From contig JAFMCP010000001.1 in assembly GCA_017857705.1 (NCBI GenBank), positions 19,773 to 83,772 on the forward strand: a stretch of 64,000 nt of DNA, written 5' to 3'. A program made the translations under genes and the position numbers. Shown one piece after another: positions 49,400 through 59,461 of this stretch (within the stretch, counting starts at the first letter, position 1; every line of letters begins with the position of its first letter). The notes beneath the pieces were generated by a model. The model made no database searches. It was not told where the DNA came from and saw nothing but the letters and a program-made list of their open reading frames with translations. This stretch comes from Candidatus Nanopelagicales bacterium. Lineage in GTDB: Bacteria > Actinomycetota > Actinomycetes > S36-B12.

Positions 49400-50356
49400 A
49401 TGGGTACCGCGTCGGTTCAACTTCTTGGTGACCTGATGGTTGATATCGCATTCGAGGTGGACACTCTCGAGGCATTAACCCGTGCCAGGGGTAGTGATTA
49501 TCCTTCCCGAGCGGTAATGAGCCCCGGGGGCAGTGCCGCCAATACAGCCACATGGCTTGCACGTGCGGGAAACAATGTTTCTTTAATAGGAGCCGTGGGC
49601 ACTGATCCACTGGGTGATTACCTAATCAACGAGATCGGTAAGTGCGGGGTTCACATGTTGGTTCAACGGGTACCCGAGGCGCAAACGGGTGTCTGCTTGA
49701 TTCTCAACGAATTTGACGGCCAGCGAACGATGATTCCCAGTGCCGGTGCCAATGCAAAGCTTGATAACTCGAAACTGATTGATCAATTGGCGGCCTCAAG
49801 TATTACCCATCTTCACGTTTCCGCATACATGCTTTTTCATGAATTGAGTGGGTTCACCGCGCTTGCCTACATGGATGCTGCACGCCGCATGGGAGCCACC
49901 ATCAGTTTGGACCCTGCATCAAGTGCATTGCTTGAGCACAATCAACCACAACTTATGGCAGCGCTGGAGCGCAGTGACCTTCTACTTGCCAATGCCGATG
50001 AAGCTCGAGAAATAACTAGATTATTGAGCAAAAAAGAGATTGTCGATGACAATATAGACATGGATCTCATCTCAGCAGCCCTGAATTCGTCATTACCGAT
50101 TGTCGTGGTAACGGACGGTCCTGAACCGGTACGTGCGCTCGTGAACACAGTTCACAACTTCACGAGCTCGGTGGATAAAATTGGTTCTGTTAAGTCAACG
50201 ACAGGTGCCGGTGATGCCTTCAACTCCGGATTTCTCAACGCGTGGCTCGCAGGCAGCGATATCCCAGCATCTATTGCAGCAGGCACTACTCTGGCCGCAC
50301 GTGTACTTGGTGAAATTGGAGCCACCACACTCGCTAGCGAATCTGCGCCCATATAG
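49400..50356 (+). CDS. PfkB-family carbohydrate/nucleoside kinase (likely pseudouridine kinase)
   Basis: 318-aa ORF with PfkB motifs (GGSAANTA; TTGAGDAFNSGF). It lies directly downstream of psuG. Confidence 0.8.
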   Translation: MGTASVQLLGDLMVDIAFEVDTLEALTRARGSDYPSRAVMSPGGSAANTATWLARAGNNVSLIGAVGTDPLGDYLINEIGKCGVHMLVQRVPEAQTGVCLILNEFDGQRTMIPSAGANAKLDNSKLIDQLAASSITHLHVSAYMLFHELSGFTALAYMDAARRMGATISLDPASSALLEHNQPQLMAALERSDLLLANADEAREITRLLSKKEIVDDNIDMDLISAALNSSLPIVVVTDGPEPVRALVNTVHNFTSSVDKIGSVKSTTGAGDAFNSGFLNAWLAGSDIPASIAAGTTLAARVLGEIGATTLASESAPI

Positions 50357-50388
50357 GCGCACCCCACCGAGAGGAAAATGCACGACCA

Positions 50389-52851
50389 ATGGCAGTTAAG
50401 AAGAGCACTAGAAGCGGTGGCTCAAAGATCATTGACACCGATGTCGCCGACGAAATGCGCGACTCTTTCTTGGAATACGCCTATTCGGTTATTTACTCGC
50501 GCGCACTACCCGACGCCCGTGATGGACTCAAGCCCGTTCAGCGACGGATTCTTTTCCAGATGAATCAGATGGGTCTTCGCCCAGATCGTGGACATGTAAA
50601 AAGCGCCCGGGTTGTCGGGGAAGTGATGGGCCGGTTACACCCCCATGGAGATTCGGCAATCTATGACGCGTTGGTTCGCATGTCCCAGTCCTTCGCCCTT
50701 CGTCTTCCGCTCATTGATGGCCATGGAAACTTTGGATCACTCGATGATGGCCCGGCAGCCATGCGCTATACAGAAGCACGCTTAGCTCAGAGTGCAATTG
50801 ACATGACGGCAGGCATCGACGAGGACGTTGTGGATTTTTCCCCGAATTACGATGGGAGGGAGATAGAGCCACTCGTACTGCCTGCAGCAATTCCTCACCT
50901 ACTGGTAAACGGCGCCAGCGGCATTGCCGTAGGAATGGCTACAAACCTAGCCCCCCACAATCTTGCGGAGGTCATAAATGCAACCAGGTTCCTCTTAGAT
51001 CACCCACAGGCCACTCTAGATGAACTCATGACCTTCATCCCTGGTCCTGATTTTGCTACAGGTGGCGTGATTATTGGGCTTGACGGCATCAGGGATGCCT
51101 ATGAGTGTGGCAGAGGAACATTTAAGGTTCGCGCTCGAGCGAGAATTGAACAACTCACGCCAAGAAAACGTGGGATCATTGTGACCGAGTTACCCGCGAA
51201 TGTCGGTCCAGAACGCGTTATAGAACGAGTGAAAGACTTAGTAATCAGTAAAAAACTGCAAGGTATTTCCGACATCGTAGACCTCACCGACGGTGACTCT
51301 GGATTACAACTTGTTATCGAATGTAAAAGTGCCTTTTCTCCAGAAGCTATCCTTGAACAGTTGTTTAAGTTAACTCCCATGCAGGACTCATTCAATATCA
51401 ATGCTGTTGCCCTAGTTGAAGGTCAGCCGGTAACTATGGGTCTTAAGCAGATGATCGAGGTCTTCATTGACCATCGCATCAATGTAGTAACAAGGCGCAG
51501 TCGGTTCCGCAAGGACGTCGCGGCCAATCGACTACATCTCGTTGATGGTTTGCTCACAGCGATTCTTGACATTGATGAGGTTATTCAAGTCATCCGTAAC
51601 AGTGATGACACCACTGCGGCACGAAGTCGACTTATGGAGATTTTTGACCTGACAGAAATTCAAACAAATTACATATTGGAAATGCCACTGCGCAGACTCA
51701 CCAAATTTTCACGAATTGAATTGGACAAGGAAGCCGATCAGTTACGCTCAACCATTGAAGAACTCGAGGCCCTTCTTGCTAGCGAGGTACAGCTTCGTGA
51801 GCTCGTTTCAGCCGAGTTGGCACAGGTTAGTTCAACGCATTCCAACCCCCGCAGAACTTTGCTTCTCGAAGCGACGGGCGCGCCGCAGGTCAATACCGAT
51901 ACCACGTTGGAAATCGCTGACGAGGATTGCGTGGTACTCCTTTCAAGTACGGGCCTCATCGCCCGAACGGCTTCCGTTAGTACTGATCTTTCACCCAACG
52001 GTGAGACTAATGCCCGAACAAGTCATGACGTTGTCGTTTCTGCAGCCCGTGGCACCTCCCGCGGGGAATTGGGAATAATCACCTCATTGGGGAATGTCCA
52101 TCGAATTTCCGTCGTTGATATCCCTGCGATCCCCCCGACCACCGGAGTACCAGGACTCAGCGGCGGTGCACCAATTGGCGCCTTCCTCTCGCTGGAGAAG
52201 AACGAAGCGCCCATAGCCGTGTTAAATCTCGAGTCACCATTTGTGTTGGGTACACGTAACGGTTTAGTTAAACGCCTCAATTCAACCCACCCGGTCAATC
52301 GCTCCGTGTGGGACGTCATTGGGTTGGATGAAACAGACGCGGTCGTCGGGGCAGTCGCACTCGATGATCCCAGTGCTCACCGGTGCCAATTAGTGTTCAT
52401 GACCGCCGCCGGGCAGTTACTTCATTTCCCTGCCACTTCTGTGCGTCCACAAGGTCGATCGGCGGGCGGGGTCGCTGGAATAAAGGTTGCAGACTCACAT
52501 GTTATTTTCTTTGGTGTGGTCGACCCAAAGGAAGTCAATGTTGTTGTGAGCATCTCTGGTTCAAACCAGGCCCTCCCGGGGACCGAACTGGGACACGGGA
52601 AAATGTCTGACTTTGGTCAGTATCCGGCCAAAGGTCGAGCAACTTCTGGAGTGAGAGCTCACAAGTTTCGATCTGGAGAAGATACATTGCTATGCGCTTG
52701 GTGTGGCCCAGCTCCTGCTCGGGCAGCAACCTCTAGTGGAAGTGCCGCCCAACTCCCTAACCCCGACGGTAAACGTGATGGAACAGGCTCACAGCTCACA
52801 CACCCTGTAGACGCAATCGGCGGCCCTATTACCATCCGCTTAGAATCGTGA
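50389..52851 (+). CDS. parC: Type IIA topoisomerase subunit A (topoisomerase IV ParC-type / GyrA paralogue)
   Basis: 820-aa ORF with the motifs SRALPDARDGLKPVQRRIL and the catalytic AAMRYTEARL, plus a beta-pinwheel C-terminal domain. It is not in a dnaA-gyrB-gyrA context and its partner B subunit lies nearby. Confidence 0.85.
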   Translation: MAVKKSTRSGGSKIIDTDVADEMRDSFLEYAYSVIYSRALPDARDGLKPVQRRILFQMNQMGLRPDRGHVKSARVVGEVMGRLHPHGDSAIYDALVRMSQSFALRLPLIDGHGNFGSLDDGPAAMRYTEARLAQSAIDMTAGIDEDVVDFSPNYDGREIEPLVLPAAIPHLLVNGASGIAVGMATNLAPHNLAEVINATRFLLDHPQATLDELMTFIPGPDFATGGVIIGLDGIRDAYECGRGTFKVRARARIEQLTPRKRGIIVTELPANVGPERVIERVKDLVISKKLQGISDIVDLTDGDSGLQLVIECKSAFSPEAILEQLFKLTPMQDSFNINAVALVEGQPVTMGLKQMIEVFIDHRINVVTRRSRFRKDVAANRLHLVDGLLTAILDIDEVIQVIRNSDDTTAARSRLMEIFDLTEIQTNYILEMPLRRLTKFSRIELDKEADQLRSTIEELEALLASEVQLRELVSAELAQVSSTHSNPRRTLLLEATGAPQVNTDTTLEIADEDCVVLLSSTGLIARTASVSTDLSPNGETNARTSHDVVVSAARGTSRGELGIITSLGNVHRISVVDIPAIPPTTGVPGLSGGAPIGAFLSLEKNEAPIAVLNLESPFVLGTRNGLVKRLNSTHPVNRSVWDVIGLDETDAVVGAVALDDPSAHRCQLVFMTAAGQLLHFPATSVRPQGRSAGGVAGIKVADSHVIFFGVVDPKEVNVVVSISGSNQALPGTELGHGKMSDFGQYPAKGRATSGVRAHKFRSGEDTLLCAWCGPAPARAATSSGSAAQLPNPDGKRDGTGSQLTHPVDAIGGPITIRLES

Positions 52852-52854
52852 ACC

Positions 52855-53652
52855 GTGTCAAGCCGCGCACCTTGTAGCGTTCTCAACGAAAAGGTTCCCC
52901 TCGCAGGAACCGCGCCAACTTCGGACTCCTGGCTGATCGTTATGCATCAAGGACCATGGGGAGAACGCCCGCTTGACACCCTCGTCTCACGAGATCTCAC
53001 GATCTGGGCGAATGAACACGATGCCAAAATTCTGCTGGCCCGAACACCCAAAGGTGTAGACCCGTATCCATTATCAACCTTTTTGTGCTCATCCCGCAGC
53101 AGCGGCTTAGTCGTGGGTACATTGAATTCACAAGGGATTCCAAACCTCGCAACAACACGACCTTCAAGTCCCATGCTCTTAATCTGCACAAATGGTAAAC
53201 GCGACGCATGTTGCGCTACTTTCGGCCGGAATCTCATCACTGAGTCCAAGAAGTTGCTTTCCCCCAGCCTGTTTGGGCAAATTTTGGAATGCTCGCACAT
53301 AGGTGGACACCGATTCGCCCCAACTGCAATCTGGCTACCCGAGAATCTTGTTCTTGGACGGCTTGAACCGCATGCGGTCACGGGTCTAATGGAGCACGGC
53401 GGCATCGGATCTCAGTTCATTAGGGGAAACACGAATTTAACCCCTGCTCAACAAGTGGTGCACGCATCTGTGTGGCCACAAACAATTGTCTTTGAGTCAG
53501 ATGAACGTTTAGGCACCGTCCACTACATAACGACTTTTATTAATGGTGCTACCAAAGTTTTCACAGTTGCTGCGACAATCGTTGAGGTAGTGGAATCGTG
53601 TGGTGGCGCATCGAAATCCAACACGCAATACCAACTGCAAGGGCCGGTATAA
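52855..53652 (+). CDS. Sucrase/ferredoxin-like (thioredoxin-like [2Fe-2S]) family protein
   Basis: 265-aa ORF with the Cys/His pattern CTNGKRDACCATFG ... CSHIGGHRFAP, characteristic of the family. Confidence 0.65.
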   Translation: MSSRAPCSVLNEKVPLAGTAPTSDSWLIVMHQGPWGERPLDTLVSRDLTIWANEHDAKILLARTPKGVDPYPLSTFLCSSRSSGLVVGTLNSQGIPNLATTRPSSPMLLICTNGKRDACCATFGRNLITESKKLLSPSLFGQILECSHIGGHRFAPTAIWLPENLVLGRLEPHAVTGLMEHGGIGSQFIRGNTNLTPAQQVVHASVWPQTIVFESDERLGTVHYITTFINGATKVFTVAATIVEVVESCGGASKSNTQYQLQGPV

Positions 53653-53664
53653 GTTTTTTCCTCG

Positions 53665-54960
53665 TTAGAGCCCTTGACCGATGCGGATCAATTCCCCACG
53701 ATCATGAATGGTTGTTCGCTCCTTGCCACGGGAATTCCCAAGTTCTTTCTCACGAGCATCAATCCTCTTCCAGCCCGCGAAATCGATAACTTCAATATTT
53801 CGATCAGCCAGCAATTGATCAATTGCGTTAGGACTTGTAGTGAAGGATTCGCCTCGACTTGCGACAAGCGTGTTCACACATGAAACAGCGTCTTTCTTAT
53901 TTGTTCCGATAATTCCAGATGGTCCACGCTTTATCCAACCTGCAACATATGAGTTCTCCAGACCAATAATCGTGCTATCGGTACTCGGAATCACGTTAGT
54001 GTTGTGATCAAATGGAAGTCCAGGAAGGCCTTCCCCTCGGTATCCGATACTTCGAACTACCATCTGAGATGGAATCTCCCTCACTTCACCTGTTGCAACT
54101 AGGCGATCGTGATCATCGAGTGTCATTGTGTCTACGATCAATACGCCACGTTCGAGATCCATGCTCTTGGGGGCACTATAGAAATGAAAATGAATACTTT
54201 TGTCAGAGTGGGCTTCACGCTTGACCCACTGCGCCATGACATCAAGATTTCGAGCCACAATCTTGCTATCAGTCACCTGGGCAAAATCCGTGGGCAAATC
54301 CTTGGAGTCAACAATTACGTCAACGCCGGGAATCTCACCAAGCTCCTTCAGTTCCTTTGTGGTGAACGTTGCGTGTTGGGGGCCTCGCCGACCAACGACA
54401 TGTACCCGGCGAACTGCACTACGAGAAAGCGCATCAAGGACGTGAAGTGGAATATCGGTCTGTTCCAGCTCGGACACCGGCTTGACCAGAATGCGTGTTA
54501 CATCGACTGCCACGTTTCCTAGACCAATCACAGCAACATCACTCGCCCGTGAGATCAAATCACCAAAGTCTGTCGCCTCAGGGTGTCCCGTGTACCAGCG
54601 AACAAAGGCCGTTGCCGCGATGCTCATTGGGTGACCTTCTCCAGGGATACCCAGTTCTCGGTCCAACGAAGCGCCATAAGTGTAAATAACGGCGTCATAG
54701 TGCTCCTGCAATTCTTCAACGGATAAATCCTGACCAATGGTCACGTTGCCGCGAAACCTGACCAATGGATTCTCAAAGGTCTGCGCCAACTTGTCCCGCA
54801 CTGATCTGATGGAAAAATGGTCAGGAGCAACGCCGTAGCGCACAAGACCAAATGGCACAGGCAGCGCATCGTAAACATCAACCGCCACTTTGTATTCCAT
54901 GGCTAAATGCTCAGCAGAGTAAATGCCCGAAGGACCTGCTCCTATCACAGCAACGCTCAT
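53665..54960 (-). CDS. FAD-dependent NADPH:ferredoxin reductase (FprA/adrenodoxin-reductase-like)
   Basis: 431-aa ORF with the N-terminal FAD motif VAVIGAGPSGIY and a second dinucleotide motif VAVIGLGNVAVDV. Confidence 0.8.
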   Translation of the reverse strand: MSVAVIGAGPSGIYSAEHLAMEYKVAVDVYDALPVPFGLVRYGVAPDHFSIRSVRDKLAQTFENPLVRFRGNVTIGQDLSVEELQEHYDAVIYTYGASLDRELGIPGEGHPMSIAATAFVRWYTGHPEATDFGDLISRASDVAVIGLGNVAVDVTRILVKPVSELEQTDIPLHVLDALSRSAVRRVHVVGRRGPQHATFTTKELKELGEIPGVDVIVDSKDLPTDFAQVTDSKIVARNLDVMAQWVKREAHSDKSIHFHFYSAPKSMDLERGVLIVDTMTLDDHDRLVATGEVREIPSQMVVRSIGYRGEGLPGLPFDHNTNVIPSTDSTIIGLENSYVAGWIKRGPSGIIGTNKKDAVSCVNTLVASRGESFTTSPNAIDQLLADRNIEVIDFAGWKRIDAREKELGNSRGKERTTIHDRGELIRIGQGL

Positions 54961-54984
54961 GAACGCCTCATTCCATTTTCAATA

Positions 54985-55506
54985 CTAAATATCTTGGGGC
55001 ATAAGGAGACCCGTATGCACGTCAAAAATAGCGCCACCCACGACAATCGACTTTGAGAGTAAAGGGTAGGCGCGAACTCGAGTCACATCAAGACTCAAGG
55101 CGCTTACCTGATCTGTGACCGTTCTAATTTCAATCCCACGCGAGTCAATACCCGATGCGGCCAAGATGGCTTTGTGCATCTCATCCTCGTTAGCCGAAGC
55201 CATTCGACAATCTGTGTGGGGCATCACGAGTACACGATTAACCCCGAGGAGGTGGTTCGCTAAGACTAAAGTCCGCAATACGTCTTCAGTTACACGAGCT
55301 CCCGCATTTCGAAGGATTTTCACATCACCTGGCATCATGCCTAAGAGTGCGAGAGGATCAATGCGTGAATCCATACAGGTCACAACTGCCAAACCTTTTC
55401 TGGCCACACCGGTGAGCTCACTGTCACTAAAGTGACGAGCATAGTTTTTATTAGCCTCGAGTACGTCGGCGAAGTCCATACTAAAAACGTCCGTGCTATC
55501 GGTCAT
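54985..55506 (-). CDS. Beta-class carbonic anhydrase
   Basis: 173-aa ORF with the zinc ligand contexts CMDSRIDP and HTDC. Confidence 0.85.
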   Translation of the reverse strand: MTDSTDVFSMDFADVLEANKNYARHFSDSELTGVARKGLAVVTCMDSRIDPLALLGMMPGDVKILRNAGARVTEDVLRTLVLANHLLGVNRVLVMPHTDCRMASANEDEMHKAILAASGIDSRGIEIRTVTDQVSALSLDVTRVRAYPLLSKSIVVGGAIFDVHTGLLMPQDI

Positions 55507-57590
55507 GCGTCAATCCTTTCTCGATCCAGGTTCTGAGCCCCAGAAACAATGAATTCTTTTCGAGGTGCAACATCAGTGCCCATCAAAAGGTCGAACACAT
55601 CCACAGCACTATCAGCGTCAGAAATCGTCATGCGACGCAAGGTGCGGTGTGCCGGGTCCATGGTGGTTTCCCTCAGTTGATGGGAGTCCATTTCACCTAG
55701 ACCTTTATAACGCTGAACGGGATCTTTGACCCGTTTTCCCGCTTTATCAGCCTGGGCTAGGACTAACTTCATTTCTTGATCCGAGTACGTATACGTGACG
55801 TCATTGGCCTTGCTCCCTGCATTGACGACTTCAATGCGATGCAATGGTGGAACCGCCGCAAATACCCGTCCATCCTCCAGCAGGGGACGCATGTAGCGAT
55901 TGATAAGTGTGAGTAACAAACATCGAATGTGCGCTCCGTCAACGTCGGCATCGGACATCAGAATAATTTTTCCGTACCGAGCCTGCTCAAGGTCGAATGA
56001 CCGACCAGAGCCCGCACCGATCACCTGAATTATTGATGCGCATTCAGTGTTTTTCAACATGTCAGACAAAGAGGACTTCTGGACGTTGAGAATTTTCCCT
56101 CGAATCGGAAGCAACGCTTGGTACTTGGAATCACGGGCAGATTTTGCAGTACCGAGGGCACTGTCGCCCTCCACAATGAAGAGCTCAGATTCTGCGACAT
56201 CGGTACTGCGACAATCAACGAGCTTTGCTGGCATTGAGGACGATTCAAGAGCAGTTTTCCGCCGCTGGGTATCGCGGTGGCTGCGAGCTGCCACTCGGGT
56301 ACGCATGGCATTAGCTACTTTTTCCGCAATAGTTCGGGCAGTTGCCTTATCTCCACGTGGAGGTGTTTTCAACCACTTGGACATTTCTTTGGCAACCACG
56401 GCTGCCACGATTCGAGTAGCCGCAGGTGTCCCAAGGATCTCCTTCGTCTGGCCTTCAAATTGAGGTTCAGCGAGCCGAACCGCGACAACTGCCGTGAGGC
56501 CCTCACTGACATCCTCTTTGGTAACACCATCTTCGCTGGCTTTGAGAATCTTCGACTCTTTTAAGTACTCGTTAAAAACTTTAGTGAGGGCTCGCTCCAG
56601 CCCAATCACGTGCGTTCCTCCTTTAGGCGTGGCGATCACGTTGACAAATGAACGAAGAGTTGACTCATATCCAGTGTTCCAGATGAGACCTATATCTACC
56701 CCCAGGTCACGTTGAAGTTCTTGACTCTTCATGTGCCCTTGATCATCGAGCACCGGAACGGTTTCCGTAAAGTGCCCCGTCCCGGTGAGCCGAATAACTC
56801 CTCCGATCTCCTCACCTTGGCTGAGGTAACTGGCGTATTCGGCAATGCCACCCTTGTGTTGAAAAGATTCTTGCCAAAGGTCCTCACTGTCGCGAAGATC
56901 CGCGAGCTTAATGGTGAGTCCTGGCACCAAGAAGGAACTTTGAAGCGCACGTTCACGCAACGCGGCACGATCGTATTGCGCATCTTTGGTGAAAACTTCA
57001 TGGTCAGACCACCAACGAACCGTCGTGCCACTGTGTGTTCGTGGAGCCTTTCCGGTGACACTAAGTCCACTTTTCTTGGAAAAAACACCCTGAGGGCCTT
57101 CTTCATCGAAATTACCCGGCACACCCCTGCGGAATGACATTGAATGGATTTTGCCACCGCGAGTGACAGAGACGTCAAGCCTGGAAGACAACGCATTAAC
57201 AACCGATGCTCCCACTCCATGTAGTCCACCGGATGCCGAATAGGAACCACCACCGAATTTTCCACCTGCGTGAAGCTTTGTCATTACAACTTCCACGCCC
57301 GTAAGTTTTGTCCTTTTCTCGATATCAATGGGGATCCCGCGTCCGTTATCGTGAACCTCGACTGAACCATCGGGCAAGAGCGTTACCGAAATTTCTGTAC
57401 AGAACCCAGCAAGGGCTTCGTCTACACCGTTGTCAACAATCTCCCAAAGGCAATGCATCAATCCACGAGAGTCATTGGAGCCGATATACATTCCTGGGCG
57501 CTTACGGACCGCCTCGAGTCCCTCAAGAACCGCGATATTCTTGGATGTGTATTCCTGCGCAGAATCATTTGAGGATTTTGGTTTTGCCAC
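55503..57590 (-). CDS. parE: Type IIA topoisomerase subunit B (topoisomerase IV ParE-type / GyrB paralogue)
   Basis: 695-aa ORF with a GHKL ATPase domain (HCLWEIVDNGVDEA, GGLHGVGASVVNA), a TOPRIM domain (ELFIVEGDSA, MSDADVDG) and the tail motif YKGLGEM. It starts at the GTG at 57590. Confidence 0.88.
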   Translation of the reverse strand: MAKPKSSNDSAQEYTSKNIAVLEGLEAVRKRPGMYIGSNDSRGLMHCLWEIVDNGVDEALAGFCTEISVTLLPDGSVEVHDNGRGIPIDIEKRTKLTGVEVVMTKLHAGGKFGGGSYSASGGLHGVGASVVNALSSRLDVSVTRGGKIHSMSFRRGVPGNFDEEGPQGVFSKKSGLSVTGKAPRTHSGTTVRWWSDHEVFTKDAQYDRAALRERALQSSFLVPGLTIKLADLRDSEDLWQESFQHKGGIAEYASYLSQGEEIGGVIRLTGTGHFTETVPVLDDQGHMKSQELQRDLGVDIGLIWNTGYESTLRSFVNVIATPKGGTHVIGLERALTKVFNEYLKESKILKASEDGVTKEDVSEGLTAVVAVRLAEPQFEGQTKEILGTPAATRIVAAVVAKEMSKWLKTPPRGDKATARTIAEKVANAMRTRVAARSHRDTQRRKTALESSSMPAKLVDCRSTDVAESELFIVEGDSALGTAKSARDSKYQALLPIRGKILNVQKSSLSDMLKNTECASIIQVIGAGSGRSFDLEQARYGKIILMSDADVDGAHIRCLLLTLINRYMRPLLEDGRVFAAVPPLHRIEVVNAGSKANDVTYTYSDQEMKLVLAQADKAGKRVKDPVQRYKGLGEMDSHQLRETTMDPAHRTLRRMTISDADSAVDVFDLLMGTDVAPRKEFIVSGAQNLDRERIDA

Positions 57591-57636
57591 TGCCCTAACC
57601 TACCGGGACTCCGCTCCAACCCGCGGGAGTGACTCA

Positions 57637-57658
57637 CATCCAGAAATCATCCAGAAAT
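57637..57658. repeat. Perfect tandem 11-bp repeat CATCCAGAAAT x2 in the parE / small-ORF divergent spacer
   Basis: Read directly from the sequence: 57637..57647 equals 57648..57658, and the next base (C) also continues the repeat. Confidence 0.9.
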
Positions 57659-57738
57659 CTGTGATCCCCAACTTCGCTATTGGCGAACCTCGGAGCGCCT
57701 ATGCACCTTGGAAACCGATTTCATGTTTAACTTGTGTC

Positions 57739-57954
57739 ATGTCCGCACCCAGCACTCAGACCCTGGTCCCAGCCACACTCGCCACCACGGATCGTTGTGA
57801 CCGTTGTGGCGCTCAGGCGTACATTCTTGCCGAACTCCCCGGAGGATCACAACTGCTCTTCTGCGGTCATCACTGGGGCGCGCACGAGGCGGCCTTGCGA
57901 CCAAAGGTCGTAAATATCGTCGATGAACTCCACCGCCTCAACGAACGCCCGTAG
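57739..57954 (+). CDS. Small zinc-ribbon-like protein (DUF7455-like), 71 aa
   Basis: The conserved-looking part begins at the ATG at 57739: MSAPSTQ...DRCDRCGAQAYILAELPGGSQLLFCGHHWGAHEAAL. The upstream 103 codons of the track ORF run antisense into parE and its leader. Confidence 0.55.
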   Translation: MSAPSTQTLVPATLATTDRCDRCGAQAYILAELPGGSQLLFCGHHWGAHEAALRPKVVNIVDELHRLNERP

Positions 57955-57990
57955 TAGCCACTATCTGTTCGTGGGTGGGTTACAAACTTT

Positions 57991-59421
57991 CTAGTCGAGA
58001 TAATCCCGCAAAACCTGTGATCGGCTTGGGTGCCGCAGTTTTGACATTGTCTTGCTCTCAATTTGTCTGATTCGCTCACGGGTCACCCCGTACACTTTGC
58101 CAATTTCATCAAGAGTCTTAGGCTGCCCATCTGTTAATCCGAACCGCATACGCACCACGCCCGCTTCACGATCGCTGAGCGTATCGAGTACAGATTCCAG
58201 TTGCTCTTGCAGAAGCGTGAATGACACTGCGTCACTAGGGACGATCGCTTCTGAATCCTCGATCAGGTCACCAAATTCGCTGTCGCCTTCCTCGCCGAGC
58301 GGTGTGTGCAGTGAAATCGGTTCCCGGCCATACTTTTGGACCTCGACGACCTTTTCCGGAGTCATATCTAATTCCATTGCCAATTCTTCAGGAGTTGGCT
58401 CACGGCCCAGATCCTGAAGCATTTGACGTTGAACACGGGCTAGTTTATTAATCACTTCAACCATGTGAACGGGGATTCGAATGGTTCGCGCTTGGTCAGC
58501 CATGGCTCTCGTGATCGCCTGACGAATCCACCACGTGGCGTATGTTGAAAACTTGTATCCCTTGGTGTAGTCAAATTTCTCGACTGCGCGGATCAATCCA
58601 AGGTTCCCCTCTTGGATCAAATCAAGGAAAAGCATCCCTCGTCCCGTATATCGCTTCGCGAGTGAGACAACAAGCCTAAGGTTCGCCTCAAGAAGGTGGT
58701 TCTTTGCCCGCCTGCCATCCGTTGCGATCCACTCCATATCTAGGCGCGTCTTTTTATCCATCTTGGCGCCTTCGTTGAGCATTTCTTCAGCGAAGAGCCC
58801 CGCTTCTATTCTCTTGGCCAATTCCACTTCCATCTCTGCATTAAGCAGGGGAACTTTGCCAATTTGCTTTAAGTAGTCTTTGACAGGATCAGCAGTTGCA
58901 CCAGCGACCGTGACAGTTTGAACTGGCTCATCTGTCTCATCAACATGAGAAATCGTGAACGTCGCCGAGTCATCCGACGTTGTTGCTGGTCCATCCTTTT
59001 CGGCTTCCGCTAAGTCTTTCTCCAGATCGATTTCCAAGTCTTTTTCTAATTCGGCCGCAACCTTTAAATCGGGCTCCTCAGACAGATCCAACTCAATGAC
59101 TTCATCGCCAATTTCTACGACGTCAACCAGAGACTCTTTATCCCGCTTGTCCGCCCCTTGTGCAGGCTTAGCAGCACTCTTATTTGGCGTTTGGCTCTTT
59201 TTTGTCACAACTTTTTTTGCTGGGGCACTCTTCTTGACAGGTGCTGCCTTTTTGGCAGCTGCGACCTTTTTGACCGCGACTGCCTTTTTGGCAGGTGCAG
59301 CTTTCTTAATCGGTGCTGCTTTTTTATTTGCCGGAGGTTTCACGGCAACTTTCTTTTTCGCGACCGTGGGTTTAATCCCGGGTTTATTCGTGGATGTTGT
59401 CTTTTTCGCTGCTGCTGCCAT
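57991..59421 (-). CDS. sigA: Principal RNA polymerase sigma factor (SigA/HrdB/RpoD type)
   Basis: Regions 1.2 to 4.2 are present ([16 protein letters not shown], the region 2 motif [22 protein letters not shown], and the region 4 motif [21 protein letters not shown]). The start was trimmed to the ATG at 59421 (MAAAAKKTT). The N-terminal ~95 aa form a Lys/Ala/Pro-rich repeat. Confidence 0.95.
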   Translation of the reverse strand: MAAAAKKTTSTNKPGIKPTVAKKKVAVKPPANKKAAPIKKAAPAKKAVAVKKVAAAKKAAPVKKSAPAKKVVTKKSQTPNKSAAKPAQGADKRDKESLVDVVEIGDEVIELDLSEEPDLKVAAELEKDLEIDLEKDLAEAEKDGPATTSDDSATFTISHVDETDEPVQTVTVAGATADPVKDYLKQIGKVPLLNAEMEVELAKRIEAGLFAEEMLNEGAKMDKKTRLDMEWIATDGRRAKNHLLEANLRLVVSLAKRYTGRGMLFLDLIQEGNLGLIRAVEKFDYTKGYKFSTYATWWIRQAITRAMADQARTIRIPVHMVEVINKLARVQRQMLQDLGREPTPEELAMELDMTPEKVVEVQKYGREPISLHTPLGEEGDSEFGDLIEDSEAIVPSDAVSFTLLQEQLESVLDTLSDREAGVVRMRFGLTDGQPKTLDEIGKVYGVTRERIRQIESKTMSKLRHPSRSQVLRDYLD

Positions 59422-59461
59422 GTGAGAGTGGGTGCCCTTTCGCTGATGACCCATAACAAGT

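Noticed and set aside
57430-57738. The 103-codon N-terminal extension of the 174-aa ORF at 57430..57954.
   Set aside because: The extension runs antisense through the parE start and its upstream spacer and is compositionally odd. The zinc-ribbon-like conserved part starts at the ATG at 57739, so the gene was trimmed.
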